From the IMG/VR virus record IMGVR_UViG_3300044675_003951, positions 1-55,701 of that record: a stretch of DNA of 55,701 bases; one strand, written 5' to 3'. The first letter of the stretch is position 1; every line of letters starts with the position of its first letter. Origin of the DNA: a virus (Duplodnaviria > Caudoviricetes). Below are positions 45,476 through 51,960 of this stretch, one piece after another. A program made the translations under genes and the position numbers. The notes under the pieces were generated by a model. The model was not told the origin of the DNA. It saw only the letters and a program-made list of their open reading frames with translations, and searched no databases.

Positions 45476-46632
45476 TTCAGTCTCCGTGCAAGATCTGGCC
45501 ACAGGTCTTCAAACTTTTTGGATTTGTTTAACTCTAGTTCAATATTGCGGTGCCAGGCTAGTGTGTCAGGTGTGTACTCGTTAACATTAAATATGTAACT
45601 GTTGTCTAGTAATTGCGCACGGTATCGTTGTAGTGTGCTGACGGCCAGGTTATGTTCGTTTTTTTGCCCCCATCGCTGTGTGACTCTGTCTATTTCGTCA
45701 ACAGCCAGTTGCCTTATTTCGGGACTGAGCCGGCGAACGTCGAGATCCCAGGGGTTTGTGAGTTCGCACCAGAACAAGTTTAGATCGTTGGCTTCGCAGA
45801 ACTCATAGTATTCCACAAGATCAAATGCACAATAGATACTGTACGCAGGATGTGCTTGCACATGCTGGCCATCTGCTTTTAACAAGTCAAGGTTGGTCTT
45901 GAACTGAATCCAGTTAGCGCCATCACGTACATATTCAAAACGATCAGCAGTGCAGTTATCAAAGCTCACTTGCCAGTCCACACTGGGCCAGGTCTTGAGT
46001 TCGTTGTAAATGTCATTGTTGGCCAAGTCCATGCTGAGATTGGTTGTGACCATTACTCGAACTTTTTGCGAGTCCAAGCAACGTAACATATCCAACAGGC
46101 CTTTTTGTAATAGCGGTTCGCCACCACCAAGTACTAGTCCTTGTAGACTTTTACCTTTGGCTTGCATCAGTTCTAGAATACTTTGTTGATCGTTACGCAC
46201 ATACTTGATGGGTATTTTTTTAACACTTTGCCATGCGGTTGATGTTTCAGGATTGCAATACACACAACTTAGATTACACAAATTGCTCCAATTGACTACA
46301 AAATGCTGCGGCTCAAACCACGTGATGTCTTGATCAATTGCGTCTATGGTTGCTGCATCACAATGACGTTGTGTTCTTGCACTCACCCCTGTGGTGTCTT
46401 CGCTTTGTTTGCATAATTTACAAGTGTCGTGCCATTGACCTTGTTGCATAGCTTGTTTGATAGAAGTCAGTTCAGCACCGTTAATAATCTCGTGAATAGT
46501 ATTTTGTTTGATATTACCAATGGCATCCACGGCATGCATGCAAGGACTAACACGGCCTGTTTGATCAATGTTGAAACTGGTCCAGGGTGCTGAACAAAAT
46601 GTAGGACTTTGAGTTATTGCGGAGTTAGCCAT
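45472..46632 (-). CDS. Radical SAM enzyme with N-terminal SPASM/twitch-like domain
   Basis: FCSAPW..SPC..CKLC; CNLSCVYC; GGGEPL; EYVRDGA.W; WPDL. Confidence 0.92.
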   Translation of the reverse strand: MANSAITQSPTFCSAPWTSFNIDQTGRVSPCMHAVDAIGNIKQNTIHEIINGAELTSIKQAMQQGQWHDTCKLCKQSEDTTGVSARTQRHCDAATIDAIDQDITWFEPQHFVVNWSNLCNLSCVYCNPETSTAWQSVKKIPIKYVRNDQQSILELMQAKGKSLQGLVLGGGEPLLQKGLLDMLRCLDSQKVRVMVTTNLSMDLANNDIYNELKTWPSVDWQVSFDNCTADRFEYVRDGANWIQFKTNLDLLKADGQHVQAHPAYSIYCAFDLVEYYEFCEANDLNLFWCELTNPWDLDVRRLSPEIRQLAVDEIDRVTQRWGQKNEHNLAVSTLQRYRAQLLDNSYIFNVNEYTPDTLAWHRNIELELNKSKKFEDLWPDLARRLK

Positions 46633-47171
46633 GTGTATGATGTCAATCTAAAAGTGTTTTCGGGCACAGGTGTCAGCATGGCGTGCCATAATAATTTTCT
46701 AAATCCTGTGCTGTCGGCTTGATTGATCATTATGTAACCTGTGTTGGGTTCAAAGGGTGTTTGGTATCTTAGAGATGCTGGATCTTTGTGCCAGTAAAAA
46801 CCTGTGCCAAGATCTTTGTTACCGATCCAGTTTATCTGCATACTGCCGGGCATCTCGCCATCAGTGTGCATGCTGCAAGTAAATCCTGGTTCATCAATCC
46901 AGAATGCAGTGCCTTGATAATGTGCTATTTTTGTTCCTGTTGCTGCTTCAATTGCTGGCCATATCGATGTTGAACACACTTGGTTCCATTCGTCCAGCCA
47001 AGGTATTGCAGCATCATTGATACGGCGGCGGGGCCATAGTGCTTGCCCTTCCTGACGTTGCCACGGCAAGTCTAACCAAGGTGTACTTAGCACTTTTTGT
47101 ACCAGAAGGTCGGGCATTGCTTGCGCTACACGAAACAAGTTGTTGTCAGAATCTACTGCTGTTATTTGCAT
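46614..47171 (-). CDS. 2OG-Fe(II) oxygenase superfamily protein
   Basis: WIDEPGF...MHTD (HxD), NTGYIM, WHAM (distal His), FRLT (2OG-binding Arg). Confidence 0.8.
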   Translation of the reverse strand: MQITAVDSDNNLFRVAQAMPDLLVQKVLSTPWLDLPWQRQEGQALWPRRRINDAAIPWLDEWNQVCSTSIWPAIEAATGTKIAHYQGTAFWIDEPGFTCSMHTDGEMPGSMQINWIGNKDLGTGFYWHKDPASLRYQTPFEPNTGYIMINQADSTGFRKLLWHAMLTPVPENTFRLTSYTWLTPQ

Positions 47172-48304
47172 AGATGTTCCAGCTCAGGCCATAACTGAAC
47201 AAAGTTTCCTACTTGATCAGTGTGATATTGATTTTCAATTTTTTGAATGTGTTGTTTGAATTTGTGTTCTATTCCAGGTGATGCCTCAGTTACTGCTTGA
47301 TACATTGTTAGTGAATTATCAAAGAATGCTTTTTCAGCAGTAGTTGCTTGCCCAGACAGATAGAACCTGTGAATTTCTTCCGCGGCTGCTGCTGCAACTT
47401 CAGGTCCGTGCAACAATGGATCTAGGTAGTCAGGCTGAAACAAATTCTGCCACAGCACAGTAACACCCAAGTCTTGAGCAAATTGTCTAAATTCACAAAC
47501 ACGAGTGGCATTGTAGATATTGTACACTGCATGTATGCCGCCCCAGTGTCCTTGTGTCTGCATTAGATTTTTGATTGTGGCTAAATTCTTTTGTATCAGG
47601 TTCCAGCTTGCACCATGGCGCACATATTCAAGGCGCAGGCCCACATTGTCAAAGCTCATACTCCAACCCACACGTTTTCGCTGTACTAGTTTTTGAAATA
47701 TCTTGTTGGTTTCTAGGTCCACACTCATGTTGGTGATCAGAGTCACAATAGCATCTTCGGGGATCACATCCAGCAGTCGATTATTCTCAGGCAACAGCAG
47801 CGGCTCACCACCTACTAGTGCAACTTCATGTATGTGTTCGCGGTGCTGTTCAATAAAGTCACATACCTGATCATAATAGGAACGGGTTCCTGACACAAAA
47901 GGTACTTTTTTCAAGCTGGCCCATTTTGAACTGCAAGCAGGACCACAGTAGTTACAACTCAAGTTGCAAGTGGTATTCCAACGCACATCTACAATCACAG
48001 GATAGTGATATTTGGTGCCGGCAGCGGCGTAATCAAAATTGGGGTTTACGCGGTTGTGCCAGGCACGTTCTGAATCTGCTCCAAAGCGTTCGGCTTGCAC
48101 ACAGTTGCTACAATAGGCGTGTGGCTTGCCTTGTGCCAGATCAGCTCGTATCTTTTGCATGAGATCGCTGTTGAGAATTTGCTCAATGCTTTGGCTGTTC
48201 AAGTTGCCCAGCATGTTGGGATTGCCAGCACAACAGGTTTTGACATTGCCTTGTGGATTGATATGCAGGCCTCGCCAGGGGGCTGCACAGTAAAAATTGC
48301 TCAT
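47162..48304 (-). CDS. Radical SAM enzyme with N-terminal SPASM/twitch-like domain
   Basis: YCAAPW..TCC..CSNC; CNLSCNYC; VGGEPL; EYVRHGA.W; WPEL; TAAATA (48314-48309) 4 nt before ATG. Confidence 0.92.
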   Translation of the reverse strand: MSNFYCAAPWRGLHINPQGNVKTCCAGNPNMLGNLNSQSIEQILNSDLMQKIRADLAQGKPHAYCSNCVQAERFGADSERAWHNRVNPNFDYAAAGTKYHYPVIVDVRWNTTCNLSCNYCGPACSSKWASLKKVPFVSGTRSYYDQVCDFIEQHREHIHEVALVGGEPLLLPENNRLLDVIPEDAIVTLITNMSVDLETNKIFQKLVQRKRVGWSMSFDNVGLRLEYVRHGASWNLIQKNLATIKNLMQTQGHWGGIHAVYNIYNATRVCEFRQFAQDLGVTVLWQNLFQPDYLDPLLHGPEVAAAAAEEIHRFYLSGQATTAEKAFFDNSLTMYQAVTEASPGIEHKFKQHIQKIENQYHTDQVGNFVQLWPELEHLCK

Positions 48305-48336
48305 GTAGTATTTACATGCCCAATTTGATTGGGAGA

Positions 48337-48774
48337 TTAATTACACCAACTAGTTTTGGCTTCGCCGTAGTATTCACGTGCAAATCCATTTTGTATCAGC
48401 ATGGCTCTGAGACTCTGCCCATTTAACAGCACATCACCCAGCACACGACCACCATACTTGTCCCAGTCCATGAGAACAATTTGACGTTTGGTTGCAGCGT
48501 TGATCTGAGCTTTGGTAAATGCTGTAGCAGCTTCGCCGCGAGCAGCTTCTGACGGACAGGCTGCACGATGTCCCTTTTCAGGTGTGTCTACGCCAAACAC
48601 TCGAATGCTGAGTTCTTGTTTGAGTGGTGCAGGTAACCAAGTGGCCGCAATACCTACAGTATCACCGTCTATGACTCTGGTGATCACAGCGTCATAGGTC
48701 ACACCTGGTTTTTGTCGGGGTTGTGCGAAGGCCAGCACAGGCACAATCAGCAAGAGTAGAAAGAGTTTTTTCAT
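48337..48774 (-). CDS. Staphylococcal-nuclease-like thermonuclease with signal peptide
   Basis: MKKLFLLLLIVPVLAFA signal; RVIDGDT, IRVFGVDTPE, DKYGGRVLG, LIQNGFA. Confidence 0.9.
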   Translation of the reverse strand: MKKLFLLLLIVPVLAFAQPRQKPGVTYDAVITRVIDGDTVGIAATWLPAPLKQELSIRVFGVDTPEKGHRAACPSEAARGEAATAFTKAQINAATKRQIVLMDWDKYGGRVLGDVLLNGQSLRAMLIQNGFAREYYGEAKTSWCN

Positions 48775-48783
48775 GTCGAAATT

Positions 48784-50658
48784 TCAAGTTGTGATCACAA
48801 TAATCTCACCTGTAGTGGGATTGTAGTACATGGGAAAGAATCCTGCAGGCACCGAGCCTGATGTAGGTGCGGCAAAAGTCACACTGGCCACTGCTCGCAC
48901 AGGTTTCACTGTGAATGTGTTGGCAGTAGTTTGATCTAGTGCCGAGCCAGTGGCGTTCAGGATGATTGAGTTGTTGGCTTGTGAGGTTTGACCAGCCTGA
49001 CGGCCAACAGCTACTGAAAACTCACCTTGTGAGGTTTGACCAGCCTGACGGCCAACGGCCACTGCTGAGTTGCCTTGTGTGTTTGCACCAGTACTGGCAC
49101 CAATGGCCACTGCGCTGAGGCTTTGTGAGCTATACCCGGCCTGAATACCAATGGCTACCGACTGTGTGTCTTGTGAACTAAAACCAGCCTGAAAGCCAAT
49201 GGCCACTGACGACCCCACTTGATTGGTCGAACCTGCCTGTTGGCCAATAGCAATATTATTTGGACCTTGTGCAGTTTGGCCAGCTTGCAGTCCAATTGCT
49301 ATTGATTGAATGCCTTGTGCGTTACCGGCACTAGTACCAATGGCCACTGTGTTTGCGCCCTGCCCCTGATCACCAGCATTAGATCCAATTGCTATAGCAT
49401 AGGTTCCTTGGCTTGAGTTACCAGCAAAGTTTCCAATGGCTATTGCACTGTTACCTTGTGAGGTCATACCAGCACTGATTCCAACTGCTACTGTTCGCTC
49501 ACCCTGTGAGGAATTACCAGCATACGCTCCTATGGCCACTGCTGAAGGACCTTGATTGGAGAATCCAGCTCGTTGTCCCACTGCCACTGATTGGATACCT
49601 TGTGTGGTTTGTCCGGCGGTGTCTCCAACTGCTACAGAATACGCACCTTGTGTGGTTTCCCCAGCTTGCCTACCAACAGCAACTGATTGAGTGCCTTGTG
49701 TGATTGCGCCAGCACCAACGCCAATGGCCACTGTAACATTGCCTTGTGCAGACAATCCAGCATACGCTCCAATGGCTACTGATTGGATGCCTTGTGTGGT
49801 TTGGCCAGCGTATAATCCAATGGCAACTGATTGAGTACCTTGAGTATTTTCGCCTGCACCGTGGCCAATGGCCACTGCGTCATCACCTTGCAAAGCAACG
49901 CCGCCACCAGCATTTTGTCCGATTGCCACTGCTGTTGATCCTTGAGTGGCACCGGCATTATCACCAATTGCAACACTTTGATTACCTTGACTGGTCAGTC
50001 CAGCACGATTACCAATGGCCACAGAACTTATTCCTTGACCGGTATAACCAGCATTATTACCAATGGCCACTGCACTGACGCTTTGTGTTTCGTTGCCGGC
50101 ATATTGACCTATGGCCACAGAATTGGCACCTTGACTGGATTGGCCACTACTGAGCCCAATGGCCACTGATCGAATACCTTGTGCAGTTAGTGCAGTAAAC
50201 GGGCCAATGCCCACTCCGTACTCGCCTTGAGCATCAAACCCAGCTGAAACACCAATGGCCACAGCACTAGAGCCTTGAGTGGTGTTGCCGCCAGCATTTT
50301 GACCAATTGAGATTGCTGTCGCAAGTTGACCACCTTGGCCAGCATTTTTACCAATTGCTACTGCGTCTGCGTCCTGGCCGTCAAATCCAGCATTTTGACC
50401 CAGGGCTATTTCTGTAGGCCCTGATGCACCATCTTTGTTGCTCAACAGTGCCCAGGTTGTTGCACCGCCTGGTGTGGCCACTGCTGTGAGATCGCCTAGT
50501 GCGTTGCCCACATACACAATGCTTGTGGCCTGATCCACCACAAGTTCTCCGGGTCTGGCATTTCCGTCGTATTCGGCCAAGGTAACCTGGGCGTTGTCTT
50601 TCATTGCGGCACGTGAAATGCCGGTGATGTTGTCGTATGGTGGTGGGGGATTGGCCAT
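48784..50658 (-). CDS. Virion fibre with a long YadA/Hep_Hag-like beta-roll repeat region
   Basis: About 30 repeats of ~16 aa, QG..[SA]VA[IV]G..AG; N-terminal PGELVVD...VYVGN; TAAATA 50687-50682. Confidence 0.8.
   Translation of the reverse strand: MANPPPPYDNITGISRAAMKDNAQVTLAEYDGNARPGELVVDQATSIVYVGNALGDLTAVATPGGATTWALLSNKDGASGPTEIALGQNAGFDGQDADAVAIGKNAGQGGQLATAISIGQNAGGNTTQGSSAVAIGVSAGFDAQGEYGVGIGPFTALTAQGIRSVAIGLSSGQSSQGANSVAIGQYAGNETQSVSAVAIGNNAGYTGQGISSVAIGNRAGLTSQGNQSVAIGDNAGATQGSTAVAIGQNAGGGVALQGDDAVAIGHGAGENTQGTQSVAIGLYAGQTTQGIQSVAIGAYAGLSAQGNVTVAIGVGAGAITQGTQSVAVGRQAGETTQGAYSVAVGDTAGQTTQGIQSVAVGQRAGFSNQGPSAVAIGAYAGNSSQGERTVAVGISAGMTSQGNSAIAIGNFAGNSSQGTYAIAIGSNAGDQGQGANTVAIGTSAGNAQGIQSIAIGLQAGQTAQGPNNIAIGQQAGSTNQVGSSVAIGFQAGFSSQDTQSVAIGIQAGYSSQSLSAVAIGASTGANTQGNSAVAVGRQAGQTSQGEFSVAVGRQAGQTSQANNSIILNATGSALDQTTANTFTVKPVRAVASVTFAAPTSGSVPAGFFPMYYNPTTGEIIVITT
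48978..49056. repeat. Exact 31-bp direct repeat with 48-bp period inside the fibre gene
   Basis: CTTGTGAGGTTTGACCAGCCTGACGGCCAAC at 48978-49008 and 49026-49056. Confidence 0.9.
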
Positions 50659-50695
50659 GATCTAAATATTCTTTATTGGAATATTTAGCTAAAAA

Positions 50696-51076
50696 TCAAT
50701 AACCTTTGAAGGGCTTGACAGGGCTCTGTCGATTTACTAATGCGGGCTCTAGGCTGTTGGGAGTGCTTATCTGTACTTTTTTAACAGGCAATCCAGCCAT
50801 TTTCAATGCGTGATCAATAGCTGGAGCAACATTGGCATTGAATCCAGCAATCACAGCATCTTCGCCAAATGCTGCTTGGGCGCTCCATTCAGGCAACTTG
50901 TTGGTAAGGCCATCTGTTCCAGCGTCACTTCTTGCACGGGCTATTGCCACGCCCAGTCTATATATTTGATAAGGATCACTGGACTTTACCCCGGGCAAGG
51001 TAAAAACATGATTCATAGGATCTCCTTGTTCAGGAGGCAATTTTGTTTCTTCTGTGATAAACTCACGGGCTCTCAT
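50696..51076 (-). CDS. Probable internal head protein, paralogue A
   Basis: MRAREFITE leader; C-terminal EPALVNRQSPVKPFKGY. Confidence 0.6.
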   Translation of the reverse strand: MRAREFITEETKLPPEQGDPMNHVFTLPGVKSSDPYQIYRLGVAIARARSDAGTDGLTNKLPEWSAQAAFGEDAVIAGFNANVAPAIDHALKMAGLPVKKVQISTPNSLEPALVNRQSPVKPFKGY

Positions 51077-51444
51077 CTGGGATAGCCTTTGAATGCCTGC
51101 ATGGGGCTGGTGGTGTTCACCGCAGGATGTTCCTCAGACTTTAGATCACCGTGATTCAAGTCTTCGTGATGACTGCCCACAGCTTGAAATGCTTTTGTCA
51201 GCATGTCTTGTTCTTGTTGAGTATACGGCACAGCAATATTGTTGCGGCCTGCCCATGATTCGCCATCAACATCAGGAACAAAGGTGCCGTCGGTTGAGGC
51301 CACAGCCATCATGATACGATTGAGTTCATACACGCGGTCAGCAAACTGCTGATCACGAAACTTGTTTAAGCCCACTGTGGCGTTTTGATTGCGTTTGCTA
51401 ATCTGGCCAATGTGAGCTTCTGCAATAAACTCCTGGGCTCGCAT
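51073..51444 (-). CDS. Probable internal head protein, paralogue B
   Basis: MRAQEFIAE leader; C-terminal EHPAVNTTSPMQAFKGY. Confidence 0.6.
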   Translation of the reverse strand: MRAQEFIAEAHIGQISKRNQNATVGLNKFRDQQFADRVYELNRIMMAVASTDGTFVPDVDGESWAGRNNIAVPYTQQEQDMLTKAFQAVGSHHEDLNHGDLKSEEHPAVNTTSPMQAFKGYPR

Positions 51445-51773
51445 TAGCCGTTGCCTATACCATTCTCGCCAGCGGCTGCAGAACTGGCTGTGCCAAGTTC
51501 TTGAATAGTGACATTGCCGCCTACCACTGTGAGCTTGTTGCCCACGCCAACATAGATGTCTTGACGACTGTTTGACGGAATTGCAACAGCATTGCTGTAG
51601 ATGTTGCCCACCACTGCGCCTGCATTGGCCCAGTTACCTGTGGCTGGATTCTGGTAAGTCAACTGCACTGCTTCAACTTGAAACGTCACAGTATTGCTTC
51701 CGGTGCTGATGCGAGCCTTGTCTGTGAACCAAGCCTGTGCTGATGCACTTGTGTATACATTTGCCTGAGGCAT
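51444..51773 (-). CDS. Small beta-rich probable virion protein
   Basis: Ala/Gly/Asn/Thr-rich, coupled within a late operon. Confidence 0.55.
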   Translation of the reverse strand: MPQANVYTSASAQAWFTDKARISTGSNTVTFQVEAVQLTYQNPATGNWANAGAVVGNIYSNAVAIPSNSRQDIYVGVGNKLTVVGGNVTIQELGTASSAAAGENGIGNG

Positions 51774-51955
51774 TATTTGCTACCTTCTGGCGGTTGACTA
51801 ACAACCGGTTGATACAAGCTGGCAGACTGATACATAACACCAGGAATTTCCACTGGTGTTTGTTTCACAGTTGCTGGAGTAAATGCTGGTGGTACATATC
51901 CACTGGCTTCATTACGTGCGTGTTGCGCTTGAATTTCTGTGTATGGTTTCATCAT
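51773..51955 (-). CDS. Small hypothetical protein
   Basis: Start refined to ATG 51955 after AAGGA; stop coupled to the next ATG. Confidence 0.5.
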   Translation of the reverse strand: MMKPYTEIQAQHARNEASGYVPPAFTPATVKQTPVEIPGVMYQSASLYQPVVSQPPEGSK

Positions 51956-51960
51956 AGTGA

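Noticed and set aside
33840-48304. Radical SAM genes as a 7-deazaguanine (QueE) pathway, NrdG, or a defined RiPP cluster
   Set aside because: No queC, queD, folE, dpdA or nrdD in the window, the architecture differs, and no precursor peptide, RRE domain or transporter is evident
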